Below, one piece after another: positions 1 through 9,044 of a stretch of 14,809 bases of DNA. The DNA is from an uncultured Candidatus Actinomarina sp. (GTDB lineage Bacteria > Actinomycetota > Acidimicrobiia > Actinomarinales > Actinomarinaceae). Within the stretch, counting starts at the first letter, position 1. Every line of letters begins with the position of its first letter. The position numbers were made by a program, and so were the translations under genes. The DNA is taken from NCBI GenBank assembly GCA_902634185.1, contig CACPJC010000009.1, positions 1 through 14,809 of the forward strand. The letters are read 5' to 3'. Under the pieces are notes generated by a model that saw nothing but the letters and a program-made list of their open reading frames with translations, was not told the DNA's origin and made no database searches.

Positions 1-2526
1 TTATGGGGTGCTGTCAAACCTGAGAATTATGAAAATATTTATGTTATTCCAGAAGATAGAAAAAAAATTGTAAATGAACTTAAGGGACTTGCCGACAAAG
101 CACCAGAGGTATATCTTGCAACTGACGACGATCGAGAAGGTGAAGCAATTGCTTATCATTTAAAAGAAGCATTAGAGCTGAAAAAAGAACCAAAAAGAAT
201 AAAATTCAATGAAATTACAAATACAGCAGTTTTAAATGCAATTAAAAATCCAGAAACCATTGATATCGGTAAATTCAAATCGTATGAGGCAAGGAGAACT
301 CTTGATAGAATGATTGGCTACGAGATATCCCCAAAACTTAGAGATTTAGGTGGAGCTTTTATATCTACAGGTAGAGTCCAAGGTCCTGCAATAAGGCTCA
401 TTGTTGAAAGAGAAGAAGAGAGGTTGAGCTTCGTAAAATCAAAATATTTTGAGATAAATGCAAGTTGTAAGAGTCAAGGTTTTGAATTTGCTGCAAATCT
501 AAAAACAATTGGCGGAACCAAAATTGCCTCATCAAAAGACTTCGATAAAGATGGAAAGAAAATAAGCAAGGATCGAAAATATCTAGATGAAGATCAGTCT
601 CGGGATATTGTAAATATACTTAGAAATTCTCTGGCAAAGGTATCAAATATCAAAGAATCTCAAAGAAGCGGAAAACCGCCAAAACCATTTAAAACCACAA
701 GCTTACAAACCTCTTCAAAAAACAATTTAGGATTTCAACCAAGAAAAACGATGAGTATTGCTCAGAGACTATATCAGGAGGGTTTGATTACTTATATGAG
801 AACGGATTCAATAAGACTTTCAGATGTTGCAATCAAAGCATCCAGGGAATACATTTCGTCAAATTTTAGTAGTGAGCACCTTCCATCTGAACCAAATTTT
901 TATGGTGACAGCAAAAATGCTCAGGCTGCTCATGAGGCTATTAGACCATCCGGAGAGAGTTTTACAACACCTCAAGAGCTGCTTAAAAAATATAAAGAAG
1001 ATAGCGATGAATTTAAACTCTATGAATTAATTTTCAACGTAACAATTGCATCCCAAATGTCCGATGCAAGAGGTATAACAAAAACAATAGATCTTGAAGT
1101 AATAGATAATATTTTTGGATCAATAGTTCTTGGTATCTCTGGTACCACATGGACATTTGGAGGATATAGAGATATCGCAAAAAACCTTACAGAGCAATCT
1201 CAAGAGCTTCCAGATTTGCAGAAGGGGGATAAAGTGGAAATAACAAAATCTGATTATGAGAAGAAGTACACTAATCCTCCCAATAGATACTCATCTACAT
1301 CATTAATAAATAAACTGGAAGAGCTTGGTATAGGAAGGCCTTCAACTTATGTTTCAATTATTGAAAGTATTACATCTGTTTTTATAAATTCTGAATCAAG
1401 CCTGAAACCAAGAATTATTGCTCTTGCAATGATCAATAAATTCATGAAACCTTATTTTGACCCATATATCAACTACAAATTTTCGAAAGAGATGGAGGAC
1501 AAACTAGATGAGATATTAGAAAGCAATAGTCCGGAAGAAGCAAAAGTAAATTTTTTAAATGAATCGTATAAAAAAATTCAAGATCATGTTCGAAAATATG
1601 GAGAGCCTGATCCTGTTAATTTGACATCATATCCACTCCCTTTTGATACAAGATATGTAGTTAAAACTGGTCGAGTTCAGGACAAAATTGCATATCCATA
1701 TTTACAGAGAGACGATAATTTCTATATTGGACTTCCGCCAGATATAACAATTGAAGAAATAAATGAGAACTATATTTACGAACTTGAAAAATTGCAAGAA
1801 GCAAATTTGCTAAAAGAAAGAAAAGTTTGCGATTGTGCAGAATGCGGAACAGCAATATACATAAAACTTGGACCGAGTGGAGGATATTATTTCCAACATG
1901 GATTGAAAGAAAAAGGTGTAAGACAACCAAAGTGTATATACCGAAATATGATTGGACCTATTTTTGAAGATGAAGATCCAGATTCATTAAATTGTGATGA
2001 TGCAATAAAAAGATTTAATCTATCAACAAAGAATCCTCGTTTTGTATGCGAAGAAGATGGTTGGAGTTATATGACTGCTGTAGGTCCATATGGTGGATTT
2101 GCCATTAAACAAAAAAATAGAGAGGTTTTTGATTTTGATGAATTAGCTAAAATGAAAAAAAATGAAATACTTGAGTTGATTAATTCAGAAAAATATCAGA
2201 GTGTTTTAAATTTAATTAATTTTAATCCAGTAAAAATTCCTAAGAGCCTAACTAAAGAGTTACTTCTTGAAAAAATTAAAGAATCATTCTTTATTGACGA
2301 AAAAATTATAAAAAAACTTTCAAAAGATGAGCTTGTAAATTTAGCAAAACTACTTGAAATTGTTTTTTACAGAGGAAGGTTCCGAATGAAAGTTGATGAT
2401 GCAACTAAAAATAATTTAATAAATAAAATTACGATTGAAAAAAAGAATAAGCCACTTGATACACCTCAAAAAGCCCTAACTATTCAGAGTGATGAAATAT
2501 TAGATTTATTTGGAACGCAGAAATGA
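1..2526 (+). CDS. topA: DNA topoisomerase I (type IA), 5' end outside the window
   Basis: Frame 1 is open from base 1, upstream of the ORF-track start at 310. It reads LWGAVKPENY...EVYLATDDDREGEAIAYHL...RIKFNEIT...RRTLDRMIGY, which includes the TOPRIM DxDxEGE motif. Further motifs: STGRVQ, catalytic Tyr in LITYMRTDS, AQAAHEAIRP, GIGRPSTY and C-terminal Topo_C-type repeats. Stop TGA at 2524-2526. Confidence 0.97.
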   Translation, partial: LWGAVKPENYENIYVIPEDRKKIVNELKGLADKAPEVYLATDDDREGEAIAYHLKEALELKKEPKRIKFNEITNTAVLNAIKNPETIDIGKFKSYEARRTLDRMIGYEISPKLRDLGGAFISTGRVQGPAIRLIVEREEERLSFVKSKYFEINASCKSQGFEFAANLKTIGGTKIASSKDFDKDGKKISKDRKYLDEDQSRDIVNILRNSLAKVSNIKESQRSGKPPKPFKTTSLQTSSKNNLGFQPRKTMSIAQRLYQEGLITYMRTDSIRLSDVAIKASREYISSNFSSEHLPSEPNFYGDSKNAQAAHEAIRPSGESFTTPQELLKKYKEDSDEFKLYELIFNVTIASQMSDARGITKTIDLEVIDNIFGSIVLGISGTTWTFGGYRDIAKNLTEQSQELPDLQKGDKVEITKSDYEKKYTNPPNRYSSTSLINKLEELGIGRPSTYVSIIESITSVFINSESSLKPRIIALAMINKFMKPYFDPYINYKFSKEMEDKLDEILESNSPEEAKVNFLNESYKKIQDHVRKYGEPDPVNLTSYPLPFDTRYVVKTGRVQDKIAYPYLQRDDNFYIGLPPDITIEEINENYIYELEKLQEANLLKERKVCDCAECGTAIYIKLGPSGGYYFQHGLKEKGVRQPKCIYRNMIGPIFEDEDPDSLNCDDAIKRFNLSTKNPRFVCEEDGWSYMTAVGPYGGFAIKQKNREVFDFDELAKMKKNEILELINSEKYQSVLNLINFNPVKIPKSLTKELLLEKIKESFFIDEKIIKKLSKDELVNLAKLLEIVFYRGRFRMKVDDATKNNLINKITIEKKNKPLDTPQKALTIQSDEILDLFGTQK

Positions 2527-2527
2527 T

Positions 2528-3607
2528 CTATTTTATAGACTCAATATTTGATTCAAGATTCATTATTAGTTTTTCCCAGCTGTAAAACTCTTCAACAAAT
2601 TTTCTTCCATTCAAACCAAATTCTTGAATTTTTTCAGGATTATTTAAAAAGTATAAAATAGATTCCTTAAGTATATTTTTGTCACCTGCAACGAAGCCTG
2701 TTTTTCCAGGAATAATTGTTTCTATAGCTCCTCCTGAAGCACCAACAATTACAGGAAGACCATAGCTTGCAGCTTCTAAATAAACTAAACCTAGACCCTC
2801 AAACTCAACTCCAAAATATTTAGATTTTGAGGGCATGGCAAATAAGTTAATTGATCTATAAAATTCATCAACATCTTTCTCAGTTTCTTCTTTTATAAAT
2901 GTCACGTTTGCTGCAGAAACAGATGAAAGTTTTTTAAGATAGTTTTCCTGTTTTCCAAAACCAAGAATTTTTAACTCTATTGGTAAGCCTTCCTCTTTTA
3001 AATCATGAGCTACATCTATTAACCAGCTTATTTTTTTTCTTGATACTAATCTGCTGACAACTCCTATTGTCAAAGGCACATTGTTTTCATAACTATTTTC
3101 ATAATTTGGAATTTCAATCCCTGCACCAATATTTATTATCTCTGTATCGGTAATATCGACTAGTTTTTTTCTTGAAAATTCACTAACAGTAAATATCGTG
3201 TTCAAATTATCTAGATTTCTAGAAAGTAGATTTCTAACAATAGGGATATAATTTAATACATTGAACTCTGCGCCATGACAAATCATATACTGTGGTATCT
3301 TGACATTTTTAGGAGAATTCGGAACATCGAGGGTATTAAGTTTATTTACAAATAAAAAATTTGGGTTACTGGATCCATGTAAGATAATATCTATCTGGTT
3401 GTCATTAACTATTTTTTGAATATCTTCAAAAACTTTACGAGGATTTATTATGAAGGTGTCTGCGGCTGGATACGCATCATTTCCTTCAATCCAACTTGGT
3501 CCGTAAATAAAAAATTTATGATCTAAATTTTCAACAAGGCTTCGAAGGTAAGTAGAGATACCACCTGTTTTTGGTTTCCAATCGTTAGTAATTAATAGAA
3601 TATTCAT
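2528..3607 (-). CDS. GT4-family glycosyltransferase, PimB'-like (phosphatidylinositol mannoside alpha-mannosyltransferase-like)
   Basis: N-terminal LLITNDWKPKTGGI resembles the PimB' pattern VTNDFPPxxGGI. Also HGAE, VSRLVSRK and EGLGLVYLEAASYGLPVIVGASGGAIET (GT-B E-x7-E motif), matching PimB' EGLGIVYLEA...GxSGGAPET. Substrate is inferred. Confidence 0.88.
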   Translation of the reverse strand: MNILLITNDWKPKTGGISTYLRSLVENLDHKFFIYGPSWIEGNDAYPAADTFIINPRKVFEDIQKIVNDNQIDIILHGSSNPNFLFVNKLNTLDVPNSPKNVKIPQYMICHGAEFNVLNYIPIVRNLLSRNLDNLNTIFTVSEFSRKKLVDITDTEIINIGAGIEIPNYENSYENNVPLTIGVVSRLVSRKKISWLIDVAHDLKEEGLPIELKILGFGKQENYLKKLSSVSAANVTFIKEETEKDVDEFYRSINLFAMPSKSKYFGVEFEGLGLVYLEAASYGLPVIVGASGGAIETIIPGKTGFVAGDKNILKESILYFLNNPEKIQEFGLNGRKFVEEFYSWEKLIMNLESNIESIK

Positions 3608-3635
3608 TAATTAGTTTTGTTTTAAATTATTTTTA

Positions 3636-5681
3636 TCAAAACGCAGATGCGAATATAAGGCTTACGATTGTCATTACTTTAATGACAATATTCATAGCTG
3701 GACCAGAAGTATCTTTAAATGGATCTCCAATTGTGTCACCTATAACGGCAGCCTTATGCTCGTCTGAGCCTTTACCGGCACCTCCACCTGCCTCAATATA
3801 TTTTTTTGCATTATCCCATGCGCCACCTGAGTTGGCCATGAATATTGCGAGCAAAAACCCTGTTACAAGTGCTCCAGCAAGAAATCCTCCTAGTGCTTCT
3901 TTATTCCAAAATCCTATTACTAGAGGCAAAACAATTGCTAGTCCGCCAGGTAATAACATTTCTCTTAGTGCAGCTGTAGTAGCAATATCAACACACTCTT
4001 CATACTCTGGAACAACACCTTCTTTACCTTCTCTTAAGCCAGGTATCTCTCTAAATTGTCTTCTTACTTCTTCTATCATCTTAAATGCAGCTCTTCCGAC
4101 AGCATTTATTGTCATTGCTGCAAATAAAAATGGGAACATACCTCCCAAAAACAAACCAAGAGTAACTTCGACTTTTGTAATATTTAATCCAGACTCGGCT
4201 AAACCAGCACTCTGAACAAAAGCAGAAAATAAAGCTAAAGCTGTTACAGCAGCTGATCCAATTGCAAATCCTTTTGCGATAGCTGCAGTAGTGTTTCCTA
4301 GAGAATCTAATTCATCTGTAGCTTTTCTTACCTCGGGATCTAAATGCGCCATTTCTGCAATACCCCCAGCATTGTCAGCTATTGGTCCGTAAGCATCAAC
4401 AGCAACAGTAATACCTAATGTTGCCAAAACTCCAATAGCTGCAACAGCGACTCCATAAATACCGCCGCCGGCCCCTAAAGCCCAATCACCTGCCGTGTAA
4501 GCACCAAAGACACCAAAAACTACGACAATAACTGAAAAAGCGGCAGATCTCATACCTTCTGAAATTCCTGAAAGAACAAGGGTTGCAGGACCTGTCTTAG
4601 CTTGATCGGCAATACTCTTAACGATTGAATGATGATCTGATGTGAACCATTCTGAAATCTGACCAACAGTTATTCCAACTAATAATCCAATGATTACTGA
4701 AATAAATAGACCAATAGGATTTTCAGAGTAATCGGCAAACATTGTATTAGAAAGAAAAAATACACCTCCTGCAGTCAAAGCTGCAGCTGAATAAGTTCCT
4801 CTGTGAAGTGCTTGTGCTAACTTTCCCTCTTGAGGGACGACAAGAAATGAGGAAACTATGGAAGCTAACATTCCTATAGTTCCTACAGCAAGTGGAAAAA
4901 ATAAGAGAGAAGGCAATGCTTCCGAATTAGCAAATACAATTGCAGCATATGCTAACGGTGCAACAAGAGATCCGACATAACTTTCAAACAAATCTGCTCC
5001 CATACCAGCGACATCACCAACATTATCACCTACATTGTCTGCAATTGTTGCTGGATTTCTAGGGTCATCTTCAGGAATACCAGCTTCAACTTTACCTACT
5101 AAATCAGCCCCAACATCCGCAGCTTTTGTATAAATTCCTCCACCTACTCTTGCAAAAAGAGCTATCGAAGATCCTCCTAGTCCTATTGCTGCCAAAATAT
5201 CGTAGGCGTTTTCAAGTTCTAGGAGTTCAACAAAAATCCAATATCCAAGACCTACTCCCAACAGTCCTAAACCAGCAACTGAGAAACCCATTACGGCTCC
5301 TCCTCTAAAAGCAACCGGCAGAGCTTTTAATGTTCCACCGTCTCTTGCAGCCTCAGTTGTTCTACCATTAGCAGCTGTTGCTATTCTCATTCCAATAAAT
5401 CCAGCTAAAGAAGAAAATGCTGCACCACCAATAAATGATACTGACCCCCAAACACCAAGGTCAGTAAGAGTAGGAATCAAGATAGCTAAGACTAAAACAA
5501 AAATGCTAATCCAAGAATATTGTCTTTTTAAAAAAGCCATTGAGCCTTTTCTTATAGCATCTGATAGACTACTTACTTTTTCATCAGAAACGTTTATAGC
5601 TAAAATTCTGTTTGCAAAATAGGCTGCTAAAACTAAACCTAAAATAGCAGCAAATATAGAGCCCTGATAATTTAAAAGCAT
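3636..5681 (-). CDS. hppA: Membrane-bound pyrophosphatase, K+-dependent, probably Na+-translocating
   Basis: Signature motifs GGGIYTKAADVGADLVGKVEAGIPEDDPRNPATIADNVGDNVGDVAGMGADLFESY, DAYGPIADNAGG, GNTTAA, GGAWDNAKK and GDTIGDPFKDTSGP. Start moved from TTG 5693 to ATG 5681 because GGGGGA (Shine-Dalgarno-like) lies just upstream of that ATG. Confidence 0.96.
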   Translation of the reverse strand: MLLNYQGSIFAAILGLVLAAYFANRILAINVSDEKVSSLSDAIRKGSMAFLKRQYSWISIFVLVLAILIPTLTDLGVWGSVSFIGGAAFSSLAGFIGMRIATAANGRTTEAARDGGTLKALPVAFRGGAVMGFSVAGLGLLGVGLGYWIFVELLELENAYDILAAIGLGGSSIALFARVGGGIYTKAADVGADLVGKVEAGIPEDDPRNPATIADNVGDNVGDVAGMGADLFESYVGSLVAPLAYAAIVFANSEALPSLLFFPLAVGTIGMLASIVSSFLVVPQEGKLAQALHRGTYSAAALTAGGVFFLSNTMFADYSENPIGLFISVIIGLLVGITVGQISEWFTSDHHSIVKSIADQAKTGPATLVLSGISEGMRSAAFSVIVVVFGVFGAYTAGDWALGAGGGIYGVAVAAIGVLATLGITVAVDAYGPIADNAGGIAEMAHLDPEVRKATDELDSLGNTTAAIAKGFAIGSAAVTALALFSAFVQSAGLAESGLNITKVEVTLGLFLGGMFPFLFAAMTINAVGRAAFKMIEEVRRQFREIPGLREGKEGVVPEYEECVDIATTAALREMLLPGGLAIVLPLVIGFWNKEALGGFLAGALVTGFLLAIFMANSGGAWDNAKKYIEAGGGAGKGSDEHKAAVIGDTIGDPFKDTSGPAMNIVIKVMTIVSLIFASAF

Positions 5682-5714
5682 TAATTCCCCCAATTAGTGA
5701 ATAAATATATATTA

Positions 5715-5720
5715 ATTATA
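5715..5720 (-). promoter_or_regulatory. Candidate -10 box (TATAAT) upstream of hppA
   Basis: Perfect TATAAT on the minus strand in the AT-rich gap between the antiporter and hppA. No clear -35, and chance matches are likely in this AT-rich context. Confidence 0.35.
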
Positions 5721-5738
5721 TTAATTTTTTTTATCTTC

Positions 5739-6965
5739 TTATTCTACAACAGGTGTTTCGAACCTTTCATCATCATCTCTTTCAGAAAGAGGTACCTTTT
5801 GTAAAATCCTATTTAGTAGAATTGGTGCAATAACTGTAGTGACTATTACCATCCAGATAATTATTGAGATAATATCACCTGTAATTATGTCTGATAGTGT
5901 GGTTGTAGCAACAGCAACAAATATAAGCCCAACCTCACCTCTTGGAGACATTCCAATTCCAATTAAAGAAGTATTTAATCCTTTACCCATAGCTCCCAGA
6001 GCTGATACATATTTACCAACTAACGCTAAAAGACTGACCAGCATTCCATATAAAAATACATCAAGAGAAGCTAAAGTTTGAATGTTTACTTCCGAACCAA
6101 TATATACAAAAAATATTGGAACGAGTAAAAAGTTTAGAGGCTTCATCTCATCTCTAATTCTATGAGTCATGCCTGATTCACCAGCAACTACACCTCCTGC
6201 AAATGCTCCTACAATAGGATGAAGTCCTACAAAGTGGGCTGCTGCACCAAGCAACATTGCAAATATAAAACTACCAGTTACAAACGTTCCAGGTGATGGA
6301 ATTTTTACAAAGAAGTTAAATATTGGTTTGGAAAGTTTTCTTCCAACAATTACTACTGCAACTAAAAAACCGATTGCCTTTGCGCTGATTATTCCCAGAT
6401 CAACTATTGAGAAATCTCCTGAACTTCCTAGAACCCCTGCAACAACAGTAAGAATTAATAAACCTAAAATATCATCTACAACTGCCGCGCCTATGATTGT
6501 TTTTGCTTCTTTTGATTTTAAAGCACCTAAGTCTCCAAACACTCTGGCGGTAATGCCTACTGAAGTTGCTGTCATTGCTGCACCTACGAATAAAGCTATT
6601 CCGAACTGATCTTCTCCTCCTAAATTGAGTGCATAGATTGAGCCAAAGCCCAAAGCAAATGGTGCTACAACACCAATTAATGCTACAAGAAGAGAAGTTG
6701 AGCCTAATTCAATAAACTCGTCTAAATTAGTTTCTAATCCTACTTCAAACAGCAAAAGAACTACACCAATCTCAGCTAAAGTAGACACAACATCTCCAGA
6801 TTCAAAATGTGGAAGAAGGCCTAGTCCGTAATAACCAATAATGATTCCGATGACTAACTCTCCTATTACTGCAGGTTGATTAATTCTTCTCATTAATTCT
6901 GCACCGAACTTAGCAGCTACTAATATAATCGCTATTTCTAAGAATTTTTCAATAATTGTTTCCAT
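5739..6965 (-). CDS. CPA2-family Na+/H+ antiporter (NapA-like)
   Basis: Highly hydrophobic 408 aa with QPAVIGEL, LAEIGVVLLLFEVGLE, ATSVGITARV, GAAVVDDILGL, VGAFAGG, PIFFVYIG, VGK and GMSPRGEVGLI. No C-terminal TrkA-N domain. Confidence 0.93.
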   Translation of the reverse strand: METIIEKFLEIAIILVAAKFGAELMRRINQPAVIGELVIGIIIGYYGLGLLPHFESGDVVSTLAEIGVVLLLFEVGLETNLDEFIELGSTSLLVALIGVVAPFALGFGSIYALNLGGEDQFGIALFVGAAMTATSVGITARVFGDLGALKSKEAKTIIGAAVVDDILGLLILTVVAGVLGSSGDFSIVDLGIISAKAIGFLVAVVIVGRKLSKPIFNFFVKIPSPGTFVTGSFIFAMLLGAAAHFVGLHPIVGAFAGGVVAGESGMTHRIRDEMKPLNFLLVPIFFVYIGSEVNIQTLASLDVFLYGMLVSLLALVGKYVSALGAMGKGLNTSLIGIGMSPRGEVGLIFVAVATTTLSDIITGDIISIIIWMVIVTTVIAPILLNRILQKVPLSERDDDERFETPVVE

Positions 6966-6973
6966 GATGACCT

Positions 6974-6979
6974 ATTTTA
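6974..6979 (-). promoter_or_regulatory. Candidate -10 box (TAAAAT) for a near-leaderless antiporter transcript
   Basis: Minus strand reads TAAAAT-aggtcatc-ATG, with 8 nt between the hexamer and the start codon at 6965. Confidence 0.4.
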
Positions 6980-7040
6980 AATATGTATTGATTAAATGAT
7001 AATGATTAAAACAACTCTATTAATTTATTTAAAAAAATAA

Positions 7041-7046
7041 TATAAT
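7041..7046 (+). promoter_or_regulatory. Candidate -10 box (TATAAT) for leuCD
   Basis: Perfect TATAAT 11 nt upstream of the leuC ATG (7058), with no Shine-Dalgarno sequence in between. Confidence 0.5.
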
Positions 7047-7057
7047 TTGTACATAAT

Positions 7058-8455
7058 ATGGGAAAAACATTATTTGATAAAATCTGGGATAATCACCTCG
7101 TTACGTCTATTGATGAGAGTACGAACTTAATATTTATTGATTTACATCTTGTCCATGAAGTTACTTCACCTCAAGCGTTTGATAGCCTAAGAATCTCTGA
7201 TCGAAAAGTAAAATATCCTGAATTAACTTTGGCAACAGTTGATCACGGTGTCCCAACATCGAACAGACTATTGGGAATAAAAGATCCTCTTTCAAAAATT
7301 CAAATTGAAGCTTTAGAAAAAAATTGTGAGGAATTTGGAGTCACTCTTTTTGGAATTAATGATCCCCGTCAGGGAATCGTTCACGTTATAGGACCTGAAC
7401 AAGGGATTACTCAACCTGGAATGACTATTGTGTGTGGAGATAGCCATACAGCAACACATGGTGCTTTCGGAGCATTAGCATTTGGAATTGGTACTTCAGA
7501 GGTTGAACATGTTCTAGCTACTCAGACTTTAGCAATGGAAAAACCAAAAACAATGAAGGTTGAAGTTATTGGAGATGTCTCAGATGGGGTTGGGCCCAAA
7601 GATATTATTTTAGGAATCATCAGAAAAATTGGAACTGGAGGTGGCGCCGGTCATGTAATTGAATACGTTGGTGATGTTATAAAAAATATGAGCATGGAGA
7701 ATAGAATGACAATTTGTAATATGTCAATCGAAGGTGGAGCAAGAGCAGGAATGATTGCTCCAGATGAAACTACTTTCAATTATTTAAAAGATAAAAACTA
7801 TGCTCCCAAAGACTCTGATTGGAATGATGCAATAAATGAGTGGGGTGAACTTTTTTCTGATGATGATGCTGCTTTTGATAAAGTTGTAACAATAAATGCT
7901 GGGGAGCTTGAACCATCAGTTTCTTGGGGTACAAATCCATCACAAGTTATATTCATAAATGACGAAATTCCTCATCCTGATAATTTTCAAGACGAATCAG
8001 ATAAAGAAGCAGCAATTAGAGCTTTAGAGTACATGGATTTAGAGCCCGGAATAAAAATTAATGAAATCACTTTAGATAGGGTGTTTATAGGCAGTTGTAC
8101 AAATGGTCGTATTGAGGATTTAAGAGAGGCTGCCCAAGTCATAAAGGGCAAAAAAGTATCAGAGACTGTTGGTGCCATGGTTGTTCCTGGGTCAACACTT
8201 GTAAAAAATCAAGCTGAGGAAGAAGGATTAGACAAAATTTTTATTGAAGCAGGTTTTGATTGGAGAGAAGCAGGATGTTCAATGTGTCTGGGTATGAATC
8301 CAGATATATTAAGTCCAGGTGAACGCTGTGCTTCTACTTCAAATAGAAATTATGAAGGAAGACAGGGAGCTGGGGGAAGAACACATTTAGTAAGTCCAAA
8401 AATGGCTGCAGCAGCTGCAATCTATGGAAAATTTGTAGACATAAGGGATTTATAA
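7058..8455 (+). CDS. leuC: 3-isopropylmalate dehydratase large subunit
   Basis: [45 protein letters not shown], Fe-S ligands in IGSCTNGR and [22 protein letters not shown] and HLVSP. Confidence 0.98.
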   Translation: MGKTLFDKIWDNHLVTSIDESTNLIFIDLHLVHEVTSPQAFDSLRISDRKVKYPELTLATVDHGVPTSNRLLGIKDPLSKIQIEALEKNCEEFGVTLFGINDPRQGIVHVIGPEQGITQPGMTIVCGDSHTATHGAFGALAFGIGTSEVEHVLATQTLAMEKPKTMKVEVIGDVSDGVGPKDIILGIIRKIGTGGGAGHVIEYVGDVIKNMSMENRMTICNMSIEGGARAGMIAPDETTFNYLKDKNYAPKDSDWNDAINEWGELFSDDDAAFDKVVTINAGELEPSVSWGTNPSQVIFINDEIPHPDNFQDESDKEAAIRALEYMDLEPGIKINEITLDRVFIGSCTNGRIEDLREAAQVIKGKKVSETVGAMVVPGSTLVKNQAEEEGLDKIFIEAGFDWREAGCSMCLGMNPDILSPGERCASTSNRNYEGRQGAGGRTHLVSPKMAAAAAIYGKFVDIRDL

Positions 8456-8456
8456 A

Positions 8457-9044
8457 ATGAAAAAACTTAATCTAATAAATTCAACAATGCTTCCTCTAAA
8501 AATGTCAAATGTTGATACTGATCAAATTATGCCAAAGCAATTTCTTAAACGCGTCGAAAGATCTGGTTATGGTGAATTTTTGTTTTATGATTGGAAAAAA
8601 GATCCAGATTTTTCATTAAATAAAAAAGAATATCAAGAAGCAAAAGTTTTAGTTGCGGGAGATAATTTTGGAACTGGTTCTTCTCGAGAACACGCCCCTT
8701 GGGGACTCCAAGACTGGGGGTTTGATGCCATTATTTCAACAAAATTTGCAGATATATTTAAATTAAATTCTATAAATATTGGTCTTGTGCCAATTGAAAC
8801 ATCTTCAAAAAATGTTGAAGCTCTTTTTAACAAAATTGAAAACAATCCGAAAACAAACATATATATCTCTATTGAGGAAAAGTCTGTTAAATGTGAAGAG
8901 ATTGAGTTTTCGTTTGATCTTGATGATTTTTCTCAAAATAGAATTTTAAAAGGACTTGATAAAATCGATATTACTCTCGAATATATCAGTGATATTGAAA
9001 ACTTTAGTAAATCAAGAAAAGACTGGAAACCTAAACTAACTTAG
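8457..9044 (+). CDS. leuD: 3-isopropylmalate dehydratase small subunit
   Basis: NVDTDQIMPKQFLKR, GDNFGTGSSREHAPW, FADIF and GLDKIDITL. Starts 1 bp after the leuC stop. Confidence 0.97.
   Translation: MKKLNLINSTMLPLKMSNVDTDQIMPKQFLKRVERSGYGEFLFYDWKKDPDFSLNKKEYQEAKVLVAGDNFGTGSSREHAPWGLQDWGFDAIISTKFADIFKLNSINIGLVPIETSSKNVEALFNKIENNPKTNIYISIEEKSVKCEEIEFSFDLDDFSQNRILKGLDKIDITLEYISDIENFSKSRKDWKPKLT

Noticed and set aside
310-312. ORF-track start of topA at ATG 310
   Set aside because: The frame is open from base 1 and encodes TOPRIM motifs upstream, so the true start is outside the window.
824-1930. Short ORFs 824-1030 (+) and 1661-1930 (-)
   Set aside because: Both lie inside topA in other frames and have no recognisable motifs.
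5682-5693. TTG start for hppA at 5693
   Set aside because: The extra codons are the SD (GGGGGA) for the ATG at 5681.
5700-5735. AT-only palindromic-looking tract between the antiporter and hppA as an operator or terminator
   Set aside because: Pure A/T low complexity with no stable GC stem; such palindromes are expected by chance.
3682-6609. Plus-strand ORFs 3682-4215, 5126-5308, 5839-6081 and 6328-6609
   Set aside because: Antisense shadows of hppA and the antiporter. Their composition is what reverse-complemented hydrophobic membrane-protein codons produce.
7987-8860. Minus-strand ORFs 7987-8178 and 8633-8860
   Set aside because: Antisense to the highly conserved leuC and leuD, with no independent coding evidence.
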